A stretch of DNA of 58,332 bases from positions 1-58,332 of the forward strand of contig JBNJFB010000009.1 in assembly GCA_051746405.1 (NCBI GenBank). Direction: 5' to 3'. The position numbers and the translations under genes are program-made. The stretch is from Campylobacterota bacterium (GTDB lineage: Bacteria > Campylobacterota > Campylobacteria > Campylobacterales > Arcobacteraceae). Positions 24,967-34,855 of the stretch are shown here, piece by piece. The notes beneath the pieces are model-generated. The model worked only from the letters and a program-made list of their open reading frames with translations, made no database searches and was not told the origin of the DNA. Within the stretch, counting starts at the first letter, position 1; each line of letters begins with the position of its first letter.

Positions 24967-27066
24967 ATGATTAGTATAACGCAAAGACACTCAAAACAGT
25001 TTATGACAATATTTCTTTTTATTATACTAGTACTAATCTTAGCTGCAATCATTACAAAAAATCAACTAAAAGATACATTGATTTCTAATCATCTAAATAA
25101 ATTAACTGCTTTAAGTTACTCATTAAAAGTTAATCTTAACAGATATATTAGTGATAAATCCAATATTATTAAGACCATATCAAACGACAAGAGAGTAAAA
25201 AATGCTTTTTTAAAATTTTCAAAAGAGTTTAAAAATATCAAGTACACCTCTATAGAAAATGAAAAGAAAGCATTAGATTTTATTTCAAAACATTTAGAAG
25301 ATAGTTTTGATGATATACCAGGTAGTTCTAAAAAGAAAAATCTTAAAGACTATTTTGCACTTAATAAAAGTGGGAAGATGTTACAAGAAATGTATATCTT
25401 TGAAAATAGTTATAATCAAAATGAAAAGTATAAGCTATTCAAATCTAAACAAAATAATAGTTATGATGAAATTCACCAAAAGTATCATATGGAGTTTATT
25501 GATATTTTAAAAAGACATAAGTTTTATGATATTTTTTTAATTGATAAAAGTGGTAATATAGTTTACTCTGTTTTTAAAGAGTTAGATTTAGGAACAAACT
25601 TAATAAATGGAGTATATAGTAAAAGCTCTTTAGCTAATGCTTATAATAAATCTATAAAAAACAATAAATTAAGTTTTAGTGACTTTAAACCATATGAACC
25701 AAGTTTTAATCAGCCAGCTGCCTTTTTCTCTATACCTGTAAAAAAAGATGATAAAATTATTGGTGCAATTGCTTTTCAAATATCAATTGATGAAATAAAT
25801 AATATTATGACTTTTAATAAAAATTGGAAAAATATTGGATTAGGTAAAACAGGAGAATCATATCTTGTAGGGCAGGATAATTTAATGAGAAGTGATAGTC
25901 GTTTTTTACAAACTATAGATAATAGTATAATTGATAAACTAAATAGTACAGTTGGTATTTTAAAAGTAAAATCAAAACCAATTAAAAATGCATTAAATAA
26001 AAAGAGTTCTAGTGGGATATTTAAAGATTATAGGAATAATGAAGTTTTAAGCTCATACTCTTACATAAAAGTTTTTGATTATACCTGGGGATTAATTGTA
26101 GAGATTGATATTGATAAAATACATAATGAAATAAAAGAGTACATAGACACTATCTTGCTAACAGGCTTACTTATAATATCAGCAGCTGTTTTTTCAGTAA
26201 TGTATTTATTAAAAAGGTTTATAATCGAGCCTGTGGATAATTACGAGATGATTCTTGAACAAAAGGTTATGAAAAGAACTGAAAAGCTAGACAACTTAAA
26301 TGCAACACTACAAAAAAAGGTAAATACTCAAATAAATAGAATAAGACAAAAAGATAAAGCTCTCTTACAGCAAGCAAGAATGGCTGCACTTGGTGAAATG
26401 TTAGGAAATATTGCACACCAATGGAGACAACCATTGAGTCTTATATCTACTAGTAGCTCTTATTTATCAAATTTAAGCCAGTTAGGAGTAGAGATTACTC
26501 AAGAGCAAGTTAAAAGTTCCGCTGATACAATTACAAAGCAGACAAAATATCTATCTAAAACAATTGATGATTTAAGAGACTTTATTAATGAAGATATTTC
26601 AAAAAAACAAAGAGTTAATTTAAAAGATACTATTAGCAGTTGTGTTGATTTATTAAAAGATTTAGACAAAGAAGTAGAGTATGAATTAGATTTAAAAGAT
26701 GAGTTTGTTGAGATTAATAGAAATCATATTACCCAGGTTTTACTAAATATTATTAAAAACTCACTTGATGCACTAAAAAATAGTGAAGATAAATATATAT
26801 TTATCTCTTTAAAAAGTGATAAAAAGTATGTTTCAATTGAGATTAAAGATAGTGGGTTGGGTATAGATAATGATATGTTGCAAAAAATTTTTGACCCATA
26901 TACTACAACAAAACATCAAGCAATAGGTAAAGGTTTAGGACTTTATATGAGTTACCAAATTATAAAAACAATTTATAAAGGTGATATTAAATCTAACAAC
27001 ATAGAGTTTATATATAATAATAAATCTATTAAAGGTGCAAAATTTACAATAGAACTCCCTAAGTAG
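24967..27066 (+). CDS. Sensor histidine kinase with large periplasmic Cache-type domain (orphan)
   Basis: Two TM helices, YEPSFNQPAAF and GLGKTGESYLVG sensor motifs, H-box IAHQWRQPL, N/G boxes. Confidence 0.9.
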   Translation: MISITQRHSKQFMTIFLFIILVLILAAIITKNQLKDTLISNHLNKLTALSYSLKVNLNRYISDKSNIIKTISNDKRVKNAFLKFSKEFKNIKYTSIENEKKALDFISKHLEDSFDDIPGSSKKKNLKDYFALNKSGKMLQEMYIFENSYNQNEKYKLFKSKQNNSYDEIHQKYHMEFIDILKRHKFYDIFLIDKSGNIVYSVFKELDLGTNLINGVYSKSSLANAYNKSIKNNKLSFSDFKPYEPSFNQPAAFFSIPVKKDDKIIGAIAFQISIDEINNIMTFNKNWKNIGLGKTGESYLVGQDNLMRSDSRFLQTIDNSIIDKLNSTVGILKVKSKPIKNALNKKSSSGIFKDYRNNEVLSSYSYIKVFDYTWGLIVEIDIDKIHNEIKEYIDTILLTGLLIISAAVFSVMYLLKRFIIEPVDNYEMILEQKVMKRTEKLDNLNATLQKKVNTQINRIRQKDKALLQQARMAALGEMLGNIAHQWRQPLSLISTSSSYLSNLSQLGVEITQEQVKSSADTITKQTKYLSKTIDDLRDFINEDISKKQRVNLKDTISSCVDLLKDLDKEVEYELDLKDEFVEINRNHITQVLLNIIKNSLDALKNSEDKYIFISLKSDKKYVSIEIKDSGLGIDNDMLQKIFDPYTTTKHQAIGKGLGLYMSYQIIKTIYKGDIKSNNIEFIYNNKSIKGAKFTIELPK

Positions 27067-27147
27067 TAGTATTTAAAATTCTTTTTTAGCTTTATTTTAA
27101 TCTAAATAAAAATTGTTATAATAAAATAAAAATTAAGAGTGATATAT

Positions 27148-27378
27148 ATGAGAATAAATAGTAATACAGTATCCCCAAATCAGCCAAGCTTTCAAAAAAG
27201 AGTTAAGCAAATTACAAATAATCAAGAACAAGCCTCAGCTGGTAGTGCTTATAGACTGGATTTTAGTAATTGGGCTATGGATTTAGTTGATAGTTTAGAT
27301 GATAATATACAGATTTTTAATGAAGAAGTTTTAAACTATAATAAAAATCTTGAACTAACTTTTAAGCAAAAGATATAA
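27148..27378 (+). CDS. Small hypothetical protein
   Basis: ORF with RBS-like GAGTGA; sequence MRINSNTVSPNQ... Confidence 0.6.
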   Translation: MRINSNTVSPNQPSFQKRVKQITNNQEQASAGSAYRLDFSNWAMDLVDSLDDNIQIFNEEVLNYNKNLELTFKQKI

Positions 27379-27388
27379 AGGCTTTTAG

Positions 27389-28438
27389 TTAGTAGCCTCT
27401 ATCTTTATTTTTCTTTCTTCCTTTTGACAAATCAGACATCAAAATAGCAATCCAATAAGTACTTCTATTTGTATTAAATGCAATTTTTAAAGTCATCGTA
27501 ATAGGAACAGCTAAAAACATTCCAACAACACCTAAAACCCAACCCCATAATATTAAAGAGAAGAATATAATCAAAGGTGATAATCCTAACTCTTTTCCCA
27601 TAAGTTTAGGCTCTATTATATTGCTAATTGATATATTAATTGTCAGATAAAGAACTATTAAAATTATAGTAGTATTAATATCTGCATTTAATAAAGATAA
27701 TATAACAGCTGGAATGGCTGCAATTATTGAACCAACTACTGGAACAAAGTTAAAAATCATAGCTAATACACCCCATAGTATAGGATAATCAACTTTGAAG
27801 TATATAAGTATTAGCGTTATTATAAGCCCAGTTAGGAAACTTGTTGTTGATTTTACAACAAAGTATTTTTGAATATTATGGGAAAAAAGATTAAAGTGTT
27901 TTAGTTTTTGAATATCTGATTTAAATATTATTTTTAGTTTATTTTCAAAGGATTTTGATTCTGCTAGTATAAAAGCTATACCAATAATAATAAGTAAAAA
28001 TTTAGATAAAAAGCTTCCAATATTTTCTATTACTCCAGTAGTAAATCCAAAAAATGAGTTTAAATTTAAAGCTTCGGTAATTTGTGTTCTATCAACTGAA
28101 TATCCATACTGTTCAAGAAAAGATATAGAGTTTACTACTAGGTTATTTAAACCATCTTGGTATGAATTTAGATTATTTAAAAAGTCCTTTAATGATATAT
28201 TTACAATATAGTACATAAGTAAAAAAAAGATTAAAATAATGGAAAAGACTATAATATAGGAGATAAACTTTGGAACCTTACCTTTTTGTAAAAAAATCAG
28301 TAGTGATGAAATAATTGAAGCTATAAAAATAGCCAAAAATAGTATTATTACAATCTCACCTGCTGCTTTTAATCCTGCAATAATGATTACAGAAGTTGCT
28401 AGGTAGAAAAAATAGCTTTTTAAGTTTACTGAATCCAA
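27389..28438 (-). CDS. AI-2E family (PerM/TqsA-like) transporter
   Basis: FNFVPVVGSIIA, NIIEPKLMGKELGLSP, WGWVLGVVGMFLAVP. Confidence 0.92.
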   Translation of the reverse strand: MDSVNLKSYFFYLATSVIIIAGLKAAGEIVIILFLAIFIASIISSLLIFLQKGKVPKFISYIIVFSIILIFFLLMYYIVNISLKDFLNNLNSYQDGLNNLVVNSISFLEQYGYSVDRTQITEALNLNSFFGFTTGVIENIGSFLSKFLLIIIGIAFILAESKSFENKLKIIFKSDIQKLKHFNLFSHNIQKYFVVKSTTSFLTGLIITLILIYFKVDYPILWGVLAMIFNFVPVVGSIIAAIPAVILSLLNADINTTIILIVLYLTINISISNIIEPKLMGKELGLSPLIIFFSLILWGWVLGVVGMFLAVPITMTLKIAFNTNRSTYWIAILMSDLSKGRKKNKDRGY

Positions 28439-28457
28439 ATTTACTCCCTTTTTATAA

Positions 28458-30230
28458 TTATATCAATTGATTTTTAATAAATTCTAAATAATGCCCTTCT
28501 TCTTCCTCTAACTGCTCATGTGTACCACTTTGTACTATTTTTCCCTCATCAAGTACATAAATAGTATTGGCATTTTTAACTGTACTTAATCTATGGGCTA
28601 TAGTGATTACTGTTTTATTTTCTAAAGTAGGTTTTAATGCATTAAATAGTTTTGCTTCAGTATGAACATCTAAAGCAGAAGTTGATTCATCAAAGATAAC
28701 AACAGCAGGATTAGCAATAATCATTCTAGCTATTGATAATCTTTGTCTTTGTCCTCCACTTAATCTAATACCATGTTTACCTACTACTGTATCTAAACTT
28801 TGGGGCATATTTTTAACTGTTTCATCTAATTGAGATATTTTTAATGCTACAAAAATCTCATCATCTGTTATATTTTCATTACCCATAGTTATATTAAACC
28901 TTAATGTATTATTAAACAAAATTGGCATTTGTAATACTAAAAACAGGCTCTTTCTTATACTTTGTCTACTTAGGTTATTTATACTCTGGTTATTGTATTT
29001 TATATCACCTGAATTTTTGGAATAAAAACCTGAGATTATTTGAGCTAAAGTAGTTTTACCACTACCACTTGCACCAATTAAGGCTACTTTTTCTCTTGGT
29101 TTTATTTTAAAATTAATGTTTTTTAAAATCTCTTTTTCTTTGTTGTAAGAAAAGTTTAAGTTCTCTACGCTTATTGATAGTTTATTATTCTCTATTTTCA
29201 AACTCTCTTCACCACTATCTTCTGTTTTTAATTTTAGTATCTTATTTATTCTATTTAAAGCTGCACTTGCACTTGCATAAGAGTACTGAATAGTTAGTAT
29301 ATCTTGTACAGGGGTCATTATAAACCAAATATATCCAAACATTGCAAACATCATACCTATTGACAATGAGTCATACTCAACTAAAATAAGTCCTGTTGCC
29401 CTAAAAACTTCAAATGCAACTAAAAATATTGTAAAAGATAATCGCTCAAAAGCCACTTTTTTATAATTAAACTCATTTGATGTATTTTGAATATCATTTG
29501 CTCTATCAATAGCTTTTTTAAAAAAGTATGACTCTTTGTTACTTGCTTTTATCTGTCCAAAAAGTTCTAATGTCTCACCAACACTACCTTGAAAATTCTC
29601 AATTGAACTATTCTCTTCTTTTTTTAAAATACCTGTTTTTTTAGCTATTTTTTTTGATAGAAGCATCACAATAGGTTGTATGCAAATAATCATAAGACCA
29701 AGTATAGGGTCAATTGTAATTATCACAATCCCTACAGCTAATAAAGTAAGTAGTGAGGCTACAAACTTACTAGCAATAGATATAATAAACTCATCAAGTG
29801 TATTTATATCTGTAATTAAGTTTGCAGTTATAGCACCTGACCCAAGGCTTTCGTACTCATTCATATTTACATTTTTAAGATGATTTAAAAGTCTTTCTCT
29901 TATTTTAAAAGTTATAAATTTTGATAGTTTTGTAAATATTTTTGTAATAACTACAATAAAAATCAGATGAACCATTCTTAAAAAGATAACTGCAAAACCC
30001 ACAATTACTATGTAGTATGTTGCACTTCCAACACCTAAAGTAGAATCAATTAGATTTACAAAAAAATCAGGTTTATCTAAAAGTACTTCATCTACTAAAA
30101 CAGGAAGCATTAAAGGTATTGGAATACTTATTAAAATAGCAATTATAGTTACTAGCTGTCCAATTAGTAGTGATTTTTTATCTCTTAAAAGTAAGTTAAA
30201 TATATATCTTATTGTTACTTGATTTTGCAT
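28458..30230 (-). CDS. ABC exporter, fused permease/ATPase
   Basis: TM domain plus GASGSGKT, LSGGQRQR, FDESTSALD, IAHRLST. Confidence 0.93.
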   Translation of the reverse strand: MQNQVTIRYIFNLLLRDKKSLLIGQLVTIIAILISIPIPLMLPVLVDEVLLDKPDFFVNLIDSTLGVGSATYYIVIVGFAVIFLRMVHLIFIVVITKIFTKLSKFITFKIRERLLNHLKNVNMNEYESLGSGAITANLITDINTLDEFIISIASKFVASLLTLLAVGIVIITIDPILGLMIICIQPIVMLLSKKIAKKTGILKKEENSSIENFQGSVGETLELFGQIKASNKESYFFKKAIDRANDIQNTSNEFNYKKVAFERLSFTIFLVAFEVFRATGLILVEYDSLSIGMMFAMFGYIWFIMTPVQDILTIQYSYASASAALNRINKILKLKTEDSGEESLKIENNKLSISVENLNFSYNKEKEILKNINFKIKPREKVALIGASGSGKTTLAQIISGFYSKNSGDIKYNNQSINNLSRQSIRKSLFLVLQMPILFNNTLRFNITMGNENITDDEIFVALKISQLDETVKNMPQSLDTVVGKHGIRLSGGQRQRLSIARMIIANPAVVIFDESTSALDVHTEAKLFNALKPTLENKTVITIAHRLSTVKNANTIYVLDEGKIVQSGTHEQLEEEEGHYLEFIKNQLI

Positions 30231-30305
30231 TTTTATCTTTTATCTTTCATTTTTTTCTATTTTTTATAGTAGATATCTTAAAGTAACAATTAAGATAAAA
30301 TAAAA

Positions 30306-30962
30306 CTATTTTAGGTTTGCCTTATACCCCGTACCAGAAATATTTTTTACTAAATCCTTATAAGTTTTTCTTCTTACTTCTTTTACTACTGATCTTAAAG
30401 CGTTTTGAGTCATATCCCCATCCCATAAAGCTTTATTAATCTCATCATATGTTATAGCTTTATCTTTATTATTTATAATATATCCTAAAAACATACTCTC
30501 TTTATTAGACAAGGGTATTATACTTTCATTTTTAAAAAGTGTATTATTATATGTGTCAAAAATAAAACTATTCTCTAGTTTTTGTATATTTGTTTTATTT
30601 GAATCAATAGTTTTAAATACTACTTTTATTATATCTTTTAATCTATTTTCATTAATTTCAAACTCTATAAAAAGTATATTTGTTAATTTAATTGCTGCAT
30701 AATAATTATTTTTGTTCACACTATCTTTTAAAACTATTATATGCATATTTACATTTAGTTTTCTTAGCTTTGTTAGTGTGTTATCATCAATATTTTTTTC
30801 AATAATCAATATATCAATATTACTTTTTTTTAAAAATGATATTAACTCTTCAAGACTATTTATTAAACTTAAATTTGCTGATTGTTTTTGAAAAAAGTTG
30901 AGCGTTTTTGAAGATTGTTTTTCTAATAAATATGCTATTTTCATATGTTTTAAAACTTTCAT
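30306..30962 (-). CDS. OmpR-type winged-helix regulator with degenerate receiver domain
   Basis: C-terminal LSNKE...ALRSVVKEVRRK...SGTGY; the phospho-Asp position appears to be Glu (DILIIEK). Confidence 0.8.
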   Translation of the reverse strand: MKVLKHMKIAYLLEKQSSKTLNFFQKQSANLSLINSLEELISFLKKSNIDILIIEKNIDDNTLTKLRKLNVNMHIIVLKDSVNKNNYYAAIKLTNILFIEFEINENRLKDIIKVVFKTIDSNKTNIQKLENSFIFDTYNNTLFKNESIIPLSNKESMFLGYIINNKDKAITYDEINKALWDGDMTQNALRSVVKEVRRKTYKDLVKNISGTGYKANLK

Positions 30963-31043
30963 TAAGTCACCTTCTGTTTATTTAATATATAACTATAACA
31001 TATTTTATAACATAAAAAATATGATAAGTAGCTTTATATACTA

Positions 31044-31352
31044 CTACTTATCATCATAAGCATACATTTTTTCACAAACTTCTGTTTTCATTCCCTCATG
31101 AAAGGTACAGTTAAGTCCACACTTAAAAGTTCCAACTTTTGTTATTTCCATTCTTTTAAGTTGTTTGATTGATTCTTCTTTACACTCTTCTAAAGATGAA
31201 AATACCATAGGACTTTTCAAGTTTCTTTTTGTGTTACTTTTATCTGGATAGATGAATGAATGCCACTGCTCATCTTCCACTCCTTCTTCTTCAAAAAAAC
31301 AACCACTTAAAAAAAGTGTTGCCATAAGTGCTAATAATAAAGTTTTTGCCAT
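31044..31352 (-). CDS. Cys-containing lipoprotein of unknown function
   Basis: Lipobox LSGC; four further Cys. Confidence 0.8.
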   Translation of the reverse strand: MAKTLLLALMATLFLSGCFFEEEGVEDEQWHSFIYPDKSNTKRNLKSPMVFSSLEECKEESIKQLKRMEITKVGTFKCGLNCTFHEGMKTEVCEKMYAYDDK

Positions 31353-31410
31353 TGATACTCTTTTTTATCGCATTATATTGAAATGATTATTATATCTAGT
31401 TAAATTATGG

Positions 31411-32184
31411 CTATTTTAGGTTTTTCTCAAGAATGTTTTTTAACATATTACACTCTTTTAACTCATATTTTAATCTAATATTTTCTAAATATAATTTTAT
31501 TACTGTAGTTAATTGTTCACTAACTCTTCCTGTTGAAGCTGATTTGTTTATGGTATCTGGTTTATATCCTAAATCATTTGCTAGTTTTTTATAAGTAAGA
31601 TTTAAATCTTTACAAACTTGTTTAATTAAGTTTGGATTTAATGCCTCAAAAAAGTTTGTGCAATCCACATTAAATGATTTACAGATATCTTTAATAAGCT
31701 TTTGTTTACTTAGTATAATATTTCTATATTTATAATCTTTACTTTCAGGGTGAAATAGTTTTAGTTTATCTTTTGGAATACTTAAAAAAAGTTCATTATT
31801 ATTACAGCCAACCATATAGTCAAAAGCTTTTTTTAGCTCTGTTTCATCTAAATATTCAAAGATTTCTAAAAAGTTATAAGAGTTTATATCTTTTATATCA
31901 CATCTTGGGTCTTTAAATGTCTCAAAACTAAATTCAACTTCTTTATTATCATGATTGATAAGAACACTTTTTAGTGGTGCATCTTTTTTTATTCCCACAT
32001 GAAAATGATGTATGTTATCTCTATTGTTTGAATACATATTTATAATACTATTTTCATCAATATCTTTATTGTGTTCCATTAAAACTTTTATTAAACTCTC
32101 TGCAGCGGTAACATCTTTGTATTTATTATCTATATCCCTTACAAAGTAAGGTATTTTTTTAAATAAATTTCCCACGTGTGTCAT
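31411..32184 (-). CDS. Hypothetical protein with C-terminal XRE-like HTH
   Basis: NLIKQVCKDLNLTYKKLANDLGYKPDTINKSASTG; start set at ATG 32184 after AGGA. Confidence 0.7.
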   Translation of the reverse strand: MTHVGNLFKKIPYFVRDIDNKYKDVTAAESLIKVLMEHNKDIDENSIINMYSNNRDNIHHFHVGIKKDAPLKSVLINHDNKEVEFSFETFKDPRCDIKDINSYNFLEIFEYLDETELKKAFDYMVGCNNNELFLSIPKDKLKLFHPESKDYKYRNIILSKQKLIKDICKSFNVDCTNFFEALNPNLIKQVCKDLNLTYKKLANDLGYKPDTINKSASTGRVSEQLTTVIKLYLENIRLKYELKECNMLKNILEKNLK

Positions 32185-32369
32185 TTTTGTATCCTGCCTT
32201 TTATTTTTCAATTTTATTATACAAATAAATAAAAAATATATGCTAGTAGTTTATGTGAAAAACTGTATGATTTATCAAAAAAAGAGCTAAAAAATGTAAA
32301 TAATCATCTTTTTGCTATGAGTTTGCTATATTAGCTATATTTCCATGCTATATTTGCTACGTATTAATA

Positions 32370-32401
32370 TTTACAATTGTTATACATTTGTATGTTATAA
32401 T
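32370..32401 (+). promoter_or_regulatory. Putative response-regulator box plus -10 element
   Basis: TTTAC-N6-TATAC, then 10 nt, then TATAAT; same architecture at 34799-34830. Confidence 0.55.
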
Positions 32402-32426
32402 AAATAAAAAATTTGAAAGTAGTAGT

Positions 32427-32645
32427 ATGTATAGAGTTTTATTAGTATTTTTTATTATCTTTTCCTTTGCTTTTGGTAAAGTTGACTATTCAGAGATGAG
32501 TACACAAGAGTTAATTGCCATAATGGGATATGTCAAAAGTAAAAATAAAAAAGAGTTTAGACAGGAGTTAAAATCAAGAGTTCCTACTATGTCACAAAGT
32601 GAAAAAGAAAAATATCTTAAAAACTTAAAAAAACAAGGTAAGTAA
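32427..32645 (+). CDS. DUF1104-like small periplasmic protein
   Basis: Signal peptide followed by DYSEMSTQELIAIMG...ELKSRVPTMS. Confidence 0.72.
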   Translation: MYRVLLVFFIIFSFAFGKVDYSEMSTQELIAIMGYVKSKNKKEFRQELKSRVPTMSQSEKEKYLKNLKKQGK

Positions 32646-32647
32646 GC

Positions 32648-33316
32648 ATGAAAATAAAGTTGCTCTTACTTGAAGATGATATTACTTTAAGTGAGACTAT
32701 TGTTGAGTATTTTGAAGATAAACAGTATGAAATCTATCCTGTTTATGACTCAGAAGATGCATTAAGTGTTATTTATGAGAATAGTTTTGATTTATTGCTA
32801 TTAGATGTAAATGTACCTAATATGAATGGTTTTGAACTTTTAAAAAATATAAGAGATGAAAAAAATAGCACTCCTGCTATATTTATAACATCACTAAATA
32901 GCGTAGATTCACTAGAAGAGGGCTATAATAGTGGATGTGATGATTATATAAGAAAACCATTTGAGTTAAAAGAGCTACTTTTAAGAGTACAAACTATTAT
33001 TAAAAAAGAGTATTCAAATAAAACACAGTATGTAAATATTTGTGATAATATAAAGTTTGATACAAATAAAAATGAGCTTTATAAAGATGATGAAGTAGTT
33101 AAACTAAACTACAAAGAGCTAAAGCTTTTGAAGTTTTTTTTGCAACACCCAAATGAACTTATTGTTCACGAAAGAATATATGATAATGTATGGGAGTATG
33201 ATGAACAGTATAGTGATAACTCTTTAAGGACATATATTAAAAATCTTAGAAAAATATTAGGAAGAGAGAGAATTGTTAGCCTTAAGAAGCTTGGATATAG
33301 ATTTAACAAAGAGTGA
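32648..33316 (+). CDS. OmpR-family response regulator (DccR/CrdR-like)
   Basis: LLEDD, LDVNVP, DYIRKPF, LRTYIKNLRKILG. Confidence 0.92.
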   Translation: MKIKLLLLEDDITLSETIVEYFEDKQYEIYPVYDSEDALSVIYENSFDLLLLDVNVPNMNGFELLKNIRDEKNSTPAIFITSLNSVDSLEEGYNSGCDDYIRKPFELKELLLRVQTIIKKEYSNKTQYVNICDNIKFDTNKNELYKDDEVVKLNYKELKLLKFFLQHPNELIVHERIYDNVWEYDEQYSDNSLRTYIKNLRKILGRERIVSLKKLGYRFNKE

Positions 33317-34463
33317 GACTAGAACTTTAGTTGGTTTTGGTATTTTATACTCATTTTTAATTTTAGTTATTATATTTGTTATCTCATTTATCTATTATAA
33401 CTTTCAAAAAGATTTAATGCTTCAAGAAAAGAGACAAGTATTGCAAGAGTATAGCAATAATTTGATTTTTAGATTAAAAGATTTACATATTAATTTTGAT
33501 AAGTATAAATACTACCCAAGGGATGAGAAATTTAACTCTGCTATTTATGATAGTGATAAAAATCTTATATTCTCAACCTTAAAGTCAGATGATATAAAGT
33601 TTGATGATGTAAGCTACATAAGTAATAATAAAATACATTTTATAAAAAAGCCCGAATCTTATTATCTTGGAGCTAAATATATTGTTGTAGAGATACCTGA
33701 TGATGGGCTTTGGTTAAAAAAAGTAAAGGGTGAAATATCTCTTTTTGCTTTCTTAGGGTTTTTATTTTTGATGTTTCTTGGTTACTTTATAGCAAAGCAA
33801 GTATTAAAACCCATGAGAGACTCTTTTAATTTATTAGATAGGTTTATAAAAGATACAACCCATGAGTTAAATACTCCAATATCTGCTATTTTAACAAATA
33901 TTGAGATGATTGATAATAGTAAATTAGATGAAAAAACATCTAAAAAAATTCAAAGAATTAATATCGCAGCAAAAACTGTTTCAAATATCTATGATGATTT
34001 GACATTTTTAACACTAAACAACAAAATTATCTCAGAAAATAGAGTTTTAAATATATCAGATATTTTATATCAAAGAGTTGAGTATTTTAAAAGTTTAGCA
34101 AAAAGTAAAAAAATCCAGTTTGATTTAGATATAAAAGAGAATATAACATTTATTTGTGATGAGAAAAAATACTCAAAATTAGTAGATAATCTCTTATCAA
34201 ATGCTATTAAATACAATAGGCTAAATGGAAAAATTTTTATAAAACTAAATGAAGATTGCTTAAGTATAGAAGATACTGGAAAAGGTATGAAAAAAGAGAG
34301 TATAGAGCTACTTTTTGAAAGGTATAGTAGATTTGATAAAAGTGTTGGTGGCTTTGGAATAGGGTTAAATATAGTTTGGTTAATAGCAAAAGAGTATAAT
34401 TTAAAACTAAATGTAAAATCTAATATAAATAAAGGAACGAAAATAGAGGTTATATTAAAATGA
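33273..34463 (+). CDS. Sensor histidine kinase (DccS/CrdS-like)
   Basis: FIKDTTHELNTP, DNLLSNAIKY, GGFGIGL. Confidence 0.92.
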   Translation: MLALRSLDIDLTKSETRTLVGFGILYSFLILVIIFVISFIYYNFQKDLMLQEKRQVLQEYSNNLIFRLKDLHINFDKYKYYPRDEKFNSAIYDSDKNLIFSTLKSDDIKFDDVSYISNNKIHFIKKPESYYLGAKYIVVEIPDDGLWLKKVKGEISLFAFLGFLFLMFLGYFIAKQVLKPMRDSFNLLDRFIKDTTHELNTPISAILTNIEMIDNSKLDEKTSKKIQRINIAAKTVSNIYDDLTFLTLNNKIISENRVLNISDILYQRVEYFKSLAKSKKIQFDLDIKENITFICDEKKYSKLVDNLLSNAIKYNRLNGKIFIKLNEDCLSIEDTGKGMKKESIELLFERYSRFDKSVGGFGIGLNIVWLIAKEYNLKLNVKSNINKGTKIEVILK

Positions 34464-34795
34464 AAAAAATAGTTTTACTTTTTATATTAATCACAAATAT
34501 TTATGCAAATTCAAATAGTATTTATACTAACAACTGTGTAAAATGTCACAGCAACATTCCTGTAAGTATTGATAAGTTTTTCTTTAGATACTTACTTAAA
34601 TATAGCAGTGAAAAAAATCTAAAAAATGCAATGTTTGAATACCTAAAAAAACCAAACAAAGAAAGTACAGTGATGCCAGAGGCATTTATTAAAAGATTTG
34701 GTTTAAAAAAGCAAACAAGTTTAGATGATAAAGCTTTAAAAGAGGCTTTAGATACTTACTGGAATAAGTATAAGGTATTTGGAAAATTAAAATAA
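34460..34795 (+). CDS. Small monoheme c-type cytochrome
   Basis: Signal peptide, CVKCH heme motif, distal Met in VMPE. Confidence 0.78.
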   Translation: MKKIVLLFILITNIYANSNSIYTNNCVKCHSNIPVSIDKFFFRYLLKYSSEKNLKNAMFEYLKKPNKESTVMPEAFIKRFGLKKQTSLDDKALKEALDTYWNKYKVFGKLK

Positions 34796-34798
34796 AAC

Positions 34799-34830
34799 TT
34801 CACAATAGTTATACGATTATTTAATAAACT
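34799..34830 (+). promoter_or_regulatory. Second putative response-regulator box plus -10 element
   Basis: TTCAC-N6-TATAC, then 10 nt, then TAAACT. Confidence 0.55.
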
Positions 34831-34855
34831 TCTAAAAATAAAAGGAGTTTATATC

